This document shows positions 1-10,703 of a DNA stretch of 64,000 nucleotides, piece after piece. Location of the stretch: assembly GCA_963803145.1 (NCBI GenBank), contig CAWDLW010000016.1, positions 78,239-142,238 on the forward strand, written 5' to 3'. Source of the DNA: Methanotrichaceae archaeon. GTDB lineage: Archaea; Halobacteriota; Methanosarcinia; Methanotrichales; Methanotrichaceae. Below the pieces are notes generated by a model. It did not search any database and was not told where the DNA came from. It saw nothing but the letters and a program-made list of their open reading frames with translations. The position numbers and the translations under genes were made by a program. Every line of letters starts with the position of its first letter. Within the stretch, counting starts at the first letter, position 1.

Positions 1-1
1 T

Positions 2-790
2 AGATACTACGTATATCCCATAATTTACGACACAGGTTATAATCCAGTAGATACAGTTACCTGGGCCATCATTCTCGGGATAGCGGTTCTAGGCTTGATC
101 AGGCTCTTTCGCAAGCTGGACCTTCGTATGGATGAAGGTCTCATTCTATATACTCTGCCATATATATTCGCAGGCTCAAGCCTTAGGGTGATCGAGGATA
201 CTGGGCTGGTAGCACCTCCTTGGAGATATCTTCTTATAACGCCTTTGATCTACTTCCTGGTCTTCATGGTGACATTCACATCACTACTACTAAACAGGAA
301 GATCTTTGGAAAGGATTTCTATAAAGGATATGCTGCAATCGGTATTATCTGGACAATCCTCAATATCTCAGCCTTAGCAGCAATAGGCTTCAAAAATGCC
401 TGGGTAATCGTACTCATCTTCGGCTTAGGCTCGGGCTTTGCCGGATCGTTATACATTCTAAGACTGGGAGTCCCATGGCTGGGGTTCCTAGATGATAATT
501 ATAACATGATGATAATTTATGCTCATATGCTTGATGCCAGCTCAACCTACATCGGAGTTGACTGGTTCGGATACTACGAGAAGCATGTAGTTCCAACCTT
601 TATTATCAACCTGACAGGAACTGCAGCAATAATGTATCCATTGAAGCTGCTGGTGCTGCTGCCTGCTCTGAGCATGATCGATAAGAGCTTGGGAGATCCA
701 TCGCTCAGAAACCTAGCGAAGCTTGTCCTTATAACATTAGGCTTAGCTCCTGCAGTAAGGAACACCCTGCGCCTTGCCTTGGGAATTTGA
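2..790 (+). CDS. DUF63 family membrane protein (5'-partial)
   Basis: Frame is open from base 2 (RYYVYPIIYDTGYNPVDT...); multi-TM; motifs H-x-LDA-S-T and YYEKHV. Confidence 0.8.
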   Translation, partial: RYYVYPIIYDTGYNPVDTVTWAIILGIAVLGLIRLFRKLDLRMDEGLILYTLPYIFAGSSLRVIEDTGLVAPPWRYLLITPLIYFLVFMVTFTSLLLNRKIFGKDFYKGYAAIGIIWTILNISALAAIGFKNAWVIVLIFGLGSGFAGSLYILRLGVPWLGFLDDNYNMMIIYAHMLDASSTYIGVDWFGYYEKHVVPTFIINLTGTAAIMYPLKLLVLLPALSMIDKSLGDPSLRNLAKLVLITLGLAPAVRNTLRLALGI

Positions 791-815
791 ATGAGGATAA
801 GAGAAGCGCAGAATT

Positions 816-2633
816 TTATTCTGCGTTCGCTCTCTGGATCTCAATCTTATCGCCTTGTTTCAGTCTTCTCAATATTTGCTTGGCCATTTCTGAAGATTTG
901 GCGACCTTGATGTCGCCCTTGCGGCCGACAGTTGCGGTGAATATAAGATCGCCACCTACGTAAACATCCACAGGTTCGCCCATGCACTCGTTCAGCCAGA
1001 TAATGATATGTCTTGTGGTCTCCTCCACTTTGGGAACAAGTTCTCCCTCACAGGCATCCTCGCGAGTGCGAACATCTATATGCATACCAAGGGTCTTCTC
1101 TATCTGCTCGATGTTGCGACCTGATTTCCCTATGACTTTGGCGGCATCTTGCTGAGGAACATGGATCACGGCGCTTGAATCTGTGAGCATTTGAACATCG
1201 ACGGGCCCTCGAACATGATGGGCAATCTCCTTCTCTATCTCCCGCGATGCCAGTTTCCAAGAGGGCTTATGGGGCATCATCTTCACTGGCATAACCACGA
1301 TCTGCTCGCCATAGGTATACATTTCATACTCGGCAACGCCAGTCTCAAAATCCTTTACGACAATAACTGGCCTCGCCAAATCGACCTCCGTCATGCCTGC
1401 AGGGACCTTAACGACGAACTCGATATCATAAACCTTTGTGACCTCACCCTTCTCTATAAAGATCACAGTATCCACGACCTGAGGTATCATGCCAAGCTCG
1501 ATTCGGCCCAGTAGGCGCTGCAAGGCATCTATCGGCTTATTGGCATGAACAACTCCTATCATTCCCACGCCTGCAAGCCGCATATCTGCGAAGACGCGGA
1601 AGTCGTTGGTCTTCCTGACCTCATCGTAGATTGTATAATCTGGACGAACGAGCAGTAGTATGTCTGCGGATGCCTCCATGCTGCCTTCAAGAGGGCCATA
1701 TTGCGTGATCTCAGGAGGAACCTGTAGGTCCCGTGGAGATTCAAGGGTCTTTACAACGTAATTACACTTCAGCAGGTACTCGGCTACACCTGCGGCGAAA
1801 GTTGATTTCCCTGAGCCCGGCGGCCCTGCGATGAGAAGACCTCGCTGGCTTGATCTTAGGCGCTCCTTCAGCTCTGCGCTATGTTTGTAGGAATCAAGAT
1901 CGACCTTTGCGACAGGCCGCACCGCTGTTATTTCCAGGCCATCTGAGAAGGGTGGCTTCGTTATGGCTATCCTCATCGTCCCAAGCTGGATGACTGACGC
2001 GCCCATCTTCTCGATTTCCACAGAGCCATCAGGATCGACCTTCACTCTTTCGAAGATCTCTCTGGAGACGTCTCGAAGCTCTTTATCGCTAAGTGGCTTA
2101 TCACCCAAACGGACCAAGCTGAAATCCCCGACTTTCCCTCGCTTGGCCATTGGAACTGCGCCTTCCTTAAGGTGAACGGAGAGCGTATCCTCTGTAAAGT
2201 ACCTCTCAAGGGAGATTGGCTTGATAGCCTCTCTTTGTGGGCGCACATACTCAACATTGAGGCCCATCGCCTGTGCGACCCTATACTGGACCTGATCGCT
2301 TGTCATAAATGAGGCGCCAAGCTCAAGGGCTACATCCCTTATCATAGCGTCTATCTCGCCGCCTCCTGCGAGCTTAATCTGATCTAGGTTCGGCCTGATT
2401 CCAACATACTCAAGCTCAATTTTTCCGGACTTTGCAAGCTCAGATAGCCTCCTGAGTTCCTCAAGCCCTTTAAGGCCCGTTTCCCTTCCATGATTTGCCT
2501 GTGCCTCAAGCTCTGCTACGACTGCCTCAGGGATTACGATTCTCCTTCCTAGAAGATCGCCTGCTTTTACCCTGGCAGATATCCTGCCGTCTATAACTAC
2601 GCTGGTATCTGGCACCAATTGTTGCGCCATCAT
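816..2633 (-). CDS. PIN-domain ATPase with C-terminal KH domain (PINA/MJ1533 family)
   Basis: N-terminal PIN (VPDTSVVID), Walker A GPPGSGKST, YDEVR, KH GxxG motif VIGKSG. Confidence 0.9.
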   Translation of the reverse strand: MMAQQLVPDTSVVIDGRISARVKAGDLLGRRIVIPEAVVAELEAQANHGRETGLKGLEELRRLSELAKSGKIELEYVGIRPNLDQIKLAGGGEIDAMIRDVALELGASFMTSDQVQYRVAQAMGLNVEYVRPQREAIKPISLERYFTEDTLSVHLKEGAVPMAKRGKVGDFSLVRLGDKPLSDKELRDVSREIFERVKVDPDGSVEIEKMGASVIQLGTMRIAITKPPFSDGLEITAVRPVAKVDLDSYKHSAELKERLRSSQRGLLIAGPPGSGKSTFAAGVAEYLLKCNYVVKTLESPRDLQVPPEITQYGPLEGSMEASADILLLVRPDYTIYDEVRKTNDFRVFADMRLAGVGMIGVVHANKPIDALQRLLGRIELGMIPQVVDTVIFIEKGEVTKVYDIEFVVKVPAGMTEVDLARPVIVVKDFETGVAEYEMYTYGEQIVVMPVKMMPHKPSWKLASREIEKEIAHHVRGPVDVQMLTDSSAVIHVPQQDAAKVIGKSGRNIEQIEKTLGMHIDVRTREDACEGELVPKVEETTRHIIIWLNECMGEPVDVYVGGDLIFTATVGRKGDIKVAKSSEMAKQILRRLKQGDKIEIQRANAE

Positions 2634-2682
2634 CTATAACATCCTTTTAATTATCAATTTATCCATTAAGTCTAAAATAAAG

Positions 2683-3366
2683 CTAGAGATATACTATATC
2701 CATCTTTCGCTTTTTAGCAATCCATTCCAGAATATAGTCTATATCCATTTGTCGCCTGATCTGTTTGTTCGCTGCTATGAACAAGATTGGCCTCTCCTTA
2801 AGAACACCTGTAATCTTCTGAGATGCCAGAGGCCCGAATCCAGGGTCAAGCCTCCTGAGAATACAAAGTTTCAGATCGCTCGGCGTAAAGGTTCCATCCA
2901 ATTCATATCCGAACTCTATACAAATGTTTCCGGGCTTCTGGCTCATTCTAAAAGATGCTTTATAGCTGGCAAAGCGTTTCTTATCATACAGCTTTCTATC
3001 TTCGAACGCTGGCTTGAGATCCTCATCGAGGATTGCATTAGCAAGGCTTTCTAGATCCTTCTGGGCCTTTTGAGAGTACTCTGTGCAGCCTGCCATCTTG
3101 AGAGTTCCTAATCGATCCAAAGAAAGCCTATTGGCATGGCAATAATCGCAGCTATCAATGGTACAGAGATCATCTAATGTAGGGAATGAAGATAGAGCAT
3201 AATTATCGCAACCTTTGCATTTTATGCTTACTATAGTCCTCTTGTCGAGGAAAGGCATTATACCCTCGAGGGCTGCTAATGCTTCTATGGCGCCTGGATC
3301 TAACTGTCCCTCAAGGCATCTTTTGATATCTTCTATGGCGATAAGTAGCTCATTGTCCTTTTCCAT
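2683..3366 (-). CDS. hypothetical protein with CxxC pairs
   Basis: 227-aa ORF with CKGC and CDYC; family not recognised. Confidence 0.6.
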   Translation of the reverse strand: MEKDNELLIAIEDIKRCLEGQLDPGAIEALAALEGIMPFLDKRTIVSIKCKGCDNYALSSFPTLDDLCTIDSCDYCHANRLSLDRLGTLKMAGCTEYSQKAQKDLESLANAILDEDLKPAFEDRKLYDKKRFASYKASFRMSQKPGNICIEFGYELDGTFTPSDLKLCILRRLDPGFGPLASQKITGVLKERPILFIAANKQIRRQMDIDYILEWIAKKRKMDIVYL

Positions 3367-3515
3367 GTATTATCCTTCAGCATAATAGCTCTGCCTTTGG
3401 CAAATATGAACCTTAACGTAGCACATGATCTTACATAAAAACCTGCCGTGACTCCGAAAAATCTATATCTTCACCTATCCTCCTCGCGGAGAAGAGGAAA
3501 GAGGAGGTCAGCCTG

Positions 3516-4052
3516 TTGAAAGAGATTCGAATACACGGCCGTGGAGGTCAGGGATCTGTTACTGCGGCCGAATTGATAGCCATTGCAGCCTTTGAGGATA
3601 AAAAATTTTCGCAGGCATTCCCCGCATTTGGAGTTGAGCGGAGGGGCGCGCCAGTAATGGCCTTTGCAAGAATTGCCGATAGGCCAATCAGAATAAGAAG
3701 CCAGATCTATGAGCCGGACTATGTTGTCGTCCAGGACGTCACGCTGTTAGATGTGGTCAACGTCGCCAGCGGCCTTAAGCCCGATGGCAAGATAATAATA
3801 AACACCGATAGACCCAAGGAGAATCTGAAGCTCAGTACAAAGGCCGAGGTTGTGACAATAGATGCCACAAGGATCGCTATGGATATCCTGGGAAGGCCGA
3901 TTGTAAATACAACTATGCTGGGGGCATTCTGCGGTGCCACAAAGGAGGTCGGCCTAGATAGCCTGAATAAGGCGATCTTGGAGAGATTTAAGGGAGAGCT
4001 TGGCAGGAAGAACCTGCTTGCGATAAAGACCGCTTATGAGAGGGTTTCCTGA
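3516..4052 (+). CDS. porC: pyruvate:ferredoxin oxidoreductase gamma subunit
   Basis: [11 protein letters not shown] and [10 protein letters not shown] motifs. Confidence 0.95.
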   Translation: MKEIRIHGRGGQGSVTAAELIAIAAFEDKKFSQAFPAFGVERRGAPVMAFARIADRPIRIRSQIYEPDYVVVQDVTLLDVVNVASGLKPDGKIIINTDRPKENLKLSTKAEVVTIDATRIAMDILGRPIVNTTMLGAFCGATKEVGLDSLNKAILERFKGELGRKNLLAIKTAYERVS

Positions 4053-4384
4053 TGCAGGAACTGAAGGCAGGCAAATTGGTTAGGCCGGGCAGCACCGCTG
4101 ATACTAAAACGGGTGCCTGGCGGACATTCGTACCGGAGGTCGAACACAAAAATTGCATAAAATGCAGCCTCTGTGAGATCTACTGCCCTGAGGGCAGCGT
4201 ACATCAGGTTCAAACAGGAGATGTTGAGACACTAACAAAGCTTGGGTACACGACGGAACAGCAGAAGTCGCTGCCCAAGAATGAGGTGGTCTTCCTCCCG
4301 GACCTGAACTATTGCAAAGGATGTGGAATTTGCGCAAATGAATGCCCGCGAAAAGCAATAACCATGGTCCTGGAGGAGAAATAA
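4052..4384 (+). CDS. porD: pyruvate:ferredoxin oxidoreductase delta subunit (2x4Fe-4S)
   Basis: KTGAWR, CxxCxxCxxxCP twice. Confidence 0.95.
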   Translation: MQELKAGKLVRPGSTADTKTGAWRTFVPEVEHKNCIKCSLCEIYCPEGSVHQVQTGDVETLTKLGYTTEQQKSLPKNEVVFLPDLNYCKGCGICANECPRKAITMVLEEK

Positions 4385-5560
4385 ATGATGAAGGTTGTTG
4401 AAGGTTCGTATGCTATTGCTCATGCGGTCATGTGCTGCTTGCCGGATGTTATTTCAGCATATCCGATAACGCCTCAGACGCATATCGTTGAGCATCTCTC
4501 ACAGCTGGTTGCGGATGGCGAGCTCAATAGCGAGTTTCTGACGGTCGATTCTGAGTTCTCAGCGCTCTCGGTACTCGTAGGTGCAAGCGCGATGGGTGCC
4601 AGGTGCTACTCTTCGACTACAAGCCAGGGACTTGCGCTGATGTACGAGGTCCTTTATAACGTCTCAGGCATGCGGCTGCCGATAGTCATGACTGTAGCAA
4701 ACCGTGCGCTTGGTGCGCCGCTTAACATCTGGAATGACCAGCAGGATTCGATAGGTGCACGCGATGTCGGATGGCTGCAGATCTATGCGGAAAATGTCCA
4801 AGAGGCCGCGGATGCCACGCCTCAGGCGTATAAAATATGCGAGGACCCTGATATACTGACTCCAATAATGGTCTGCATGGATGGCTTCATCCTGACTCAT
4901 GTCTACGAGCCGGTAGAGCTTCTTGATAAAGATGCTATCAAGGGATTTCTGCCTGATTTTAAGCCCGCTAATATTCTAGACCCAGCCAATCCCATAACCT
5001 TTGGAGCATTCGCAGATCCCTCGACGTATACTGAGTTCAGGTATCAACAGTATGAGGCGCAGAAGCGTGCTCTTGTGAAGATAGAAAATGTCGCAAAGGA
5101 GTTCGGCGAGACCTTCGGAAGGTACTACGGAGGCCTCATAGACACTTACAGGTCAGATGATGCTGATATAGTAATAGTGACACTTGGGTCCGTTATAGGC
5201 ACCATCAAGGATGCAATAGATCAGATGAGATCCGATGGTTTAGCGGTCGGACTTGTCAAAGTGAGATGCTATAGACCCTTCCCTGTAGAGGCGCTTAGAA
5301 AGGCGCTGAAGGATGCGAGCGTTATCGCAGTTCTTGAAAAGGATGTATCGATAGGAAATGAGGCAGGGCTTCTGGTAGACCTGAAGGCTGCATTCTATAA
5401 CAGCAAGATAAGAATACCCATCATAGGCTTCACCGCAGGCTTAGGCGGCAGAGACATAACTGTCAATGACATAAGGAAGATGGTTGATAAGGCTGCTGCA
5501 GCTCGCAAAGGAATAGAGCATGAGTTCGAGTTTCTCACTTTGAGAACGGAGATCCTTTAG
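4385..5560 (+). CDS. porA: pyruvate:ferredoxin oxidoreductase alpha subunit
   Basis: AYPITPQT, TTSQGL, GLGGRD. Confidence 0.95.
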   Translation: MMKVVEGSYAIAHAVMCCLPDVISAYPITPQTHIVEHLSQLVADGELNSEFLTVDSEFSALSVLVGASAMGARCYSSTTSQGLALMYEVLYNVSGMRLPIVMTVANRALGAPLNIWNDQQDSIGARDVGWLQIYAENVQEAADATPQAYKICEDPDILTPIMVCMDGFILTHVYEPVELLDKDAIKGFLPDFKPANILDPANPITFGAFADPSTYTEFRYQQYEAQKRALVKIENVAKEFGETFGRYYGGLIDTYRSDDADIVIVTLGSVIGTIKDAIDQMRSDGLAVGLVKVRCYRPFPVEALRKALKDASVIAVLEKDVSIGNEAGLLVDLKAAFYNSKIRIPIIGFTAGLGGRDITVNDIRKMVDKAAAARKGIEHEFEFLTLRTEIL

Positions 5561-5571
5561 GAGGACTTAAT

Positions 5572-6447
5572 ATGGAAACTTCACTGCTTGCACCTGGACA
5601 TAGGGCATGCGCAGGATGTGCCATGCCTACGGCGATCAAGCTTGTCTTAGATGCTTCAGGCCCAAACACAATCGTAGCCTCGCCGACTAGCTGTCTTGAG
5701 GTCACTACAACGCCCTTCCCAGAGAGCGCCTGGTGTGTCCCATGGATTCATTCGTTGTTCGAGAATGCCGCAGCTGTTGCATCCGGGGTCGAAGTAATGC
5801 TGAAGCGAAGGTGCCAAGATACCAATGTAATAGTGATTGGCGGAGATGGAAGCACATTCGATATAGGCATGGGCTCAAACTCAGGAATGTTCGAACGCGG
5901 CCACAAGATCCTCTACGTCTGCTACGATAATGAAGCCTACATGAATACTGGAGTTCAGCGCAGCGGGTCGACTCCTTTCTGCGCTAATACAACTACTACT
6001 CCCGCGGGACAACGAAGTATGGGCAATCCCAGGCCCAAGAAGGACATGCCAGCCATAGCGTTGGCACATAAGGTACCATATGTCGCTACAGCATCGATCG
6101 CATATCCGGTTGATTTGAGAAAGAAGGTAAAACGTGCCCTGGAGACACAAGGGCCGTCATACATACAGATAAACGCGCCATGTATTACAGGCTGGACCTT
6201 CGAGGCCGGCACAACCGTCGAGATTGCCAGAGCAGCCGTGGAAACGGGGCTATGGCCTCTGCTTGAGTGGATGAATGGAAATCTAACGGAAGTAAAGAAG
6301 ATCCGCAGGCCAAAGCCTGTTGAGGATTATCTCAAGCTGCAGGGCAGATACAAGCATCTGTTCAAGAAGGCTGAGGGTGCGAACGATATAAAGGATATTC
6401 AGATGATCGCTACTGAGAACATAGCCAAGTACAAATTGGTTGATTAG
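5572..6447 (+). CDS. porB: pyruvate:ferredoxin oxidoreductase beta subunit
   Basis: GHRACAGC, TPP motif GGDG...DNEAYMNTG. Confidence 0.95.
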   Translation: METSLLAPGHRACAGCAMPTAIKLVLDASGPNTIVASPTSCLEVTTTPFPESAWCVPWIHSLFENAAAVASGVEVMLKRRCQDTNVIVIGGDGSTFDIGMGSNSGMFERGHKILYVCYDNEAYMNTGVQRSGSTPFCANTTTTPAGQRSMGNPRPKKDMPAIALAHKVPYVATASIAYPVDLRKKVKRALETQGPSYIQINAPCITGWTFEAGTTVEIARAAVETGLWPLLEWMNGNLTEVKKIRRPKPVEDYLKLQGRYKHLFKKAEGANDIKDIQMIATENIAKYKLVD

Positions 6448-6449
6448 GC

Positions 6450-7085
6450 ATGTACATTGGCCGGATAGTAATAGTAGGCAAAGCCTACGGATATGCTTGG
6501 GCAGGATACAGGGTATCCTCCCGCTCATTTCCCAACCGCCGTGCGGCAATACGTGGCAGAAGCGTAATTGTCTCGCCCATAAACTCATCGGATCTTGCAA
6601 AGAACCCCTATATCGCATACAATTGCATAAGGACGGGAAAGGACTTTGCAGTTGTTGCAAATGGAACACAGGCTGACATGATCTTTGAGAAGATCGAAGA
6701 TGGAGCAAGGCCAATAGAAGCCATTGCATTGAGCCTTGTAGCCTATGGATATGAGCGCGATGATTTTGATACGCCTCGCCTGGCAGGGGCTGTTCGGGGG
6801 GATATTGCCTGGCTCGGAATAGCAAAGAAAGATGAGTTCCGCTTTAAGGAGTTTCGCTTGGATGATGGCGATGCTATTATGGTCGCCACTTACGAAAAGG
6901 CTGATTTCGAGCCGGTCGTTGTCACAGGCAAAAATGCAACCGAAATAGCAGAATATGCCTTTGAGCTGCCATTTGAGAAGCCTGTATGTTCTGCAGCTGC
7001 TTTTGCAACAGGTGCATCCAAAGATCAGGGATTCGAGCTTGCTGTCTACAATCCGGCCTCATGGAGGGTGAATTATGGAAATTAA
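6450..7085 (+). CDS. purO: archaeal IMP cyclohydrolase
   Basis: MYIGR, YRVSSRSFPNR, NPYIAYNC, TPRLAG. Confidence 0.92.
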   Translation: MYIGRIVIVGKAYGYAWAGYRVSSRSFPNRRAAIRGRSVIVSPINSSDLAKNPYIAYNCIRTGKDFAVVANGTQADMIFEKIEDGARPIEAIALSLVAYGYERDDFDTPRLAGAVRGDIAWLGIAKKDEFRFKEFRLDDGDAIMVATYEKADFEPVVVTGKNATEIAEYAFELPFEKPVCSAAAFATGASKDQGFELAVYNPASWRVNYGN

Positions 7086-7965
7086 TGGCGTTCAGATTGA
7101 TGATACATTTGCCGAGGCATTTCCAATAAAGATTGGAAGGGTGCTGGTAACGGCGATAAGTGAGCGATGGGCGGTCGCGGCTGCACGTGAAGCGACAGGC
7201 TTTGGAACCTCGGTCATAGGATGCCCCGCTGAAGCAGGTATTGAAAGCATTGCCAGCGCTAGCGAGACGCCTGACGGGAGGCCAGGAGCTTACATCCAGA
7301 TCTGCAACATGGGCTTCAAGAACCTTGAGAATTCACTGCTTTACCGCATAGGCCAGTGCGTGCTGACAGCACCCACAACTGCTGTATTCAACGGCTTGCC
7401 AGACGCTCAGAAGCAGTTCGATACCGGCAAGAAGCTGAGCTTCTTTGGAGATGGCTATCAGAAGCAGATCGATTATCTGGGCAGGAAGTTCTGGAAGATA
7501 CCGATCATGTCGGGCGAGTTTCTGATAGAGGAGAACATAGGCGCAGTGGATGGAATCGCAGGCGGGAACTTCTACATACTTGCGGACAATCAAGCTGCGG
7601 CTTTAACTGCGGCTGAGATTGCAGTGGATGAGATCAATAAGCTTGCGGGAACAATAACGCCGTTCCCAGGTGGAGTCGTTGCCAGTGGATCGAAGGTCGG
7701 ATCGAAGTATAAGTTCTTGAAGGCGTCAACAAACACATCCTATTGCCCATCTCTGAGGGAGGATGGAATATGCGCTCTGCCTGAGGAGATCAAGTCCGGC
7801 TACGAGATTGTAATCAATGGTCTCAACCGCGAGGCAATTGAGCAGTCCATGAGGGCTGGGATAAAGGCTGCCTGTACAGTTCCAGGAGTAGTCAAGATAA
7901 CAGCAGCAAACTTTGGCGGAAAGCTGGGGCCTCATCAGTTCAATCTGCAGAAGATATTGGGGTAG
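7075..7965 (+). CDS. ftr: formylmethanofuran:tetrahydromethanopterin N-formyltransferase
   Basis: INGVQIDDTFAEAF, ETPDGRPG, FPGGVVASGSKVGS. Confidence 0.95.
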   Translation: MEINGVQIDDTFAEAFPIKIGRVLVTAISERWAVAAAREATGFGTSVIGCPAEAGIESIASASETPDGRPGAYIQICNMGFKNLENSLLYRIGQCVLTAPTTAVFNGLPDAQKQFDTGKKLSFFGDGYQKQIDYLGRKFWKIPIMSGEFLIEENIGAVDGIAGGNFYILADNQAAALTAAEIAVDEINKLAGTITPFPGGVVASGSKVGSKYKFLKASTNTSYCPSLREDGICALPEEIKSGYEIVINGLNREAIEQSMRAGIKAACTVPGVVKITAANFGGKLGPHQFNLQKILG

Positions 7966-8102
7966 ATAGGCCCAGTTTTCTATTTTTTGCATGCGATTGT
8001 GTTAATTTTAGCGTAATATCCTCAAGCTCTGCTAATGTGATATAACGACCGGCAGAAAGTGTAAACTGCATGATGCCCATCTCTTTAATAAAGAGGCAGG
8101 TT

Positions 8103-8390
8103 ATGAGCGACCAAATTGAAGCAGTGCGCGAAAAGATAATCGATGTTTTGCACAGGAATGATGTCAAAAGGGCATCGTTCTTCGGATCAATCGTTAGAGG
8201 CGAGATGACGGAGGAGAGCGATGTCGATATACTGGTCGAGTTTGAGGGCAGAAAGAGTCTCCTGGATCTTGCCCATCTGAAGAACGACCTTGAGGACACT
8301 ATCAACAGGCGGGTGGATATCCTTACCTACAAATCGCTGCATCCCCGTCTCAAAGATAGAATTCTGGCCGAGCAGGTCCCGATAATATGA
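8103..8390 (+). CDS. minimal nucleotidyltransferase (MNT/MntA-type antitoxin)
   Basis: FGSIVRGE...SDVDILV motif, about 95 aa. Confidence 0.88.
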   Translation: MSDQIEAVREKIIDVLHRNDVKRASFFGSIVRGEMTEESDVDILVEFEGRKSLLDLAHLKNDLEDTINRRVDILTYKSLHPRLKDRILAEQVPII

Positions 8391-8455
8391 AGAAAGACCC
8401 CGCGGTCTTCATCGGTCATATAATGGACAGCATTGAGCCCATAGAGAAACCCTAA
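8387..8455 (+). pseudogene. truncated HEPN/DUF86 toxin remnant
   Basis: ATGA overlap with the MNT stop; MKKDPAVFIGHIMDSIEPIEKP* resembles DUF86 N-termini and stops after 22 aa. Confidence 0.65.
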
Positions 8456-8504
8456 TGGGATTGCCAAGGTACGATTGGGAGATGCTTGAGAGAGATGGAT
8501 GTAG

Positions 8505-9473
8505 ATGTGCACTCAAAAGATTGGGGATATATGCATATTTGGCGTCGGGGGTGTTGGCGGCTATTTTGGAGGCAAGATAGCATACAGCCTGAGCCGGGAT
8601 TATGACCATCAGTTTCAGGTCTCCTTTATAGCACGGGGGCCTCATAAGGAAGAAATTATTAAGAGAGGCCTGATTTTAAATACCGCTGAAGAGGGAAGCC
8701 TAGTCTGTCGACCCACTTTGATCACAGATGACCTCAGCTCAATTCCTAAAGCAGATTTGATCCTTCTTTGTGTAAAAAGCTATGATCTCAAGCCTGCCCT
8801 TGCTCAGATAGCATGCAACATGAAAGAGGAGTCTGTTATAATTCCCTTGCTTAATGGTGTGGATATCTACGAGAGGATACGAGCCGTGATAAGCTCAGGT
8901 TTAGTCTTCCCGGCCTGCGTATATATCGGATCCCATATCGAATCCCTGGGGGTGATCTCACAGGCAGGAGGCGATGGAGTTATTCTCATCGGTCCCGATC
9001 CAAATAGCCCCAATGTCTTCCCTAAGAATGTGCTCGATCTGTTCAATGATACAGGCATCAAATGCCGGTGGACTGAGAACCCCTATATAGCTATCTGGGA
9101 AAAATTCATCTTCATCTCTTCCTTCGGGCTGGTTACGGCCAGCACTGGCAAAGCCATCAACGAGGTGTTATCAGATAAGAATCTCCTGCAAGAGGTCACA
9201 GGAATTATGCATGAATCGATTGATATCGCCCTGAGGAAAGGGATCGAACTGCCAGAGGATATAGAAAAGAGAACTCTGGAGAAGGCGAGAGGATTTCCCC
9301 CTGGCACAAAGACCTCGTTCCAGAGGGATATTGAGCAGAAGGGTGCAAGAAATGAGGGTGATATATTCGGTGGGGCGATCCTCAGATTGGGAGCGCGATA
9401 TGGGGTGCCGACTCCGATTACGCGCCGTGTCTATGGCCAAATTGTGCAGAAGTTAACTGCCATCGGGGATTAG
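8505..9473 (+). CDS. panE: 2-dehydropantoate 2-reductase (ApbA/PanE family)
   Basis: GVGGVGGYFG, VKSYD, LLNGV, WEKFIF, TSFQRD. Confidence 0.85.
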   Translation: MCTQKIGDICIFGVGGVGGYFGGKIAYSLSRDYDHQFQVSFIARGPHKEEIIKRGLILNTAEEGSLVCRPTLITDDLSSIPKADLILLCVKSYDLKPALAQIACNMKEESVIIPLLNGVDIYERIRAVISSGLVFPACVYIGSHIESLGVISQAGGDGVILIGPDPNSPNVFPKNVLDLFNDTGIKCRWTENPYIAIWEKFIFISSFGLVTASTGKAINEVLSDKNLLQEVTGIMHESIDIALRKGIELPEDIEKRTLEKARGFPPGTKTSFQRDIEQKGARNEGDIFGGAILRLGARYGVPTPITRRVYGQIVQKLTAIGD

Positions 9474-9740
9474 CTTGATATTGCCAGACACTGCAGCCTA
9501 AGTCAAGTCTCTGAAACACATCGATTTCCAATAGATGAGATAAATATAATTGGCAATCAAATCTCTTCTGCATTGGGGGCAGAAGGATTTCTAGGTGTTC
9601 TTTACGGCATCTGCGATGCCAGCAGTTTTGAACGGATTCATGAATTAGTGGAAGACTTACTTCCTTCTTCCCAATCACAAATGCCATAAATCGTGCAGTA
9701 GATTTACAAAGATTGCTCTTATACCTCGCTCAATCTTTGA

Positions 9741-10520
9741 TCACCTGGGCGGGAAATTCCTGGGATCTATCACAAACCAAGCGCCATCAATTCCCTGACC
9801 TTTGGCACCCCCCGGCATAGTATCATTTATATAGCGATATAGCGGCCATCCCTTATACGCTATCTGCTTCATGCCATTCGCGCTTGTAAATGTCGTGAAA
9901 TCCGATTGGTTTAGTCCAGGCATAACTGTGATCACTGGTGTATAGAACGGTCTCCATACTTTAAGACAGGTGCCTATGCAGCTACTGATGCCGTTCCCAC
10001 GAAGATCCCCTTTGAAGTAATAAAGTGCAGTGCCGTTTCTGTCTGCCAGGAATTCGCTCAAGTTAGTGCTATTGTATATGTTTATACTATAATTGTATAT
10101 GCTTATGCCATAAATGCCGCTGTTTACATTTTTTTCAGACGATTGTGTCAGATTCTTCCCCTCAAAGGTTGCATTATTATCTGTCGGTGGAGCTATTTGT
10201 TTCTTGCTCAGGATGGAGGCATTCGAGTTTATCGGCAATTCCGATTGTTTTTGTTTCTCAATAGATCCATTGGGGGCAGCCTGTGAATTCTGTGGACTCA
10301 GCAGCATATTCTCTTCCAGGGTTGCATTTATATCTCCTGAGAAATCCAATCTTTGCTCTCCCTCAGGTGGAGCCGGAGGCGCTGGTAAGGGCTCTAGCTG
10401 GATATTCTCATTATCATTAGGCAGCGGTTGAGCATTAGCCATGCACTGCATATATCCAAAGGAGAAAATGATCGCAGCTAGAACTATTGCCATTTGAGCC
10501 ATTTTAGACCGCATCCACAT
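9741..10520 (-). CDS. secreted protein with COG4315/Lipoprotein_15-type repeats
   Basis: Signal peptide; G.ALY.F.GD...C.G.C...W.P and Q.AYKGWPLY motifs. Confidence 0.75.
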   Translation of the reverse strand: MWMRSKMAQMAIVLAAIIFSFGYMQCMANAQPLPNDNENIQLEPLPAPPAPPEGEQRLDFSGDINATLEENMLLSPQNSQAAPNGSIEKQKQSELPINSNASILSKKQIAPPTDNNATFEGKNLTQSSEKNVNSGIYGISIYNYSINIYNSTNLSEFLADRNGTALYYFKGDLRGNGISSCIGTCLKVWRPFYTPVITVMPGLNQSDFTTFTSANGMKQIAYKGWPLYRYINDTMPGGAKGQGIDGAWFVIDPRNFPPR

Positions 10521-10703
10521 GCTAAATCACACAGAACTTATACACCCTTTAAATTTTTAAAGGTTTGCTTTCCTAGGGCTAACCTGGCAATGGACGTACT
10601 CAAGGATAGCAGTGCTCAACAATAGCAGCAATATTAGCTTATTAGCGGCTGGCATACGCTTATCAATTGGGCATGCGAAAGCCTGAGACCAGAGGTAAAG
10701 AAG

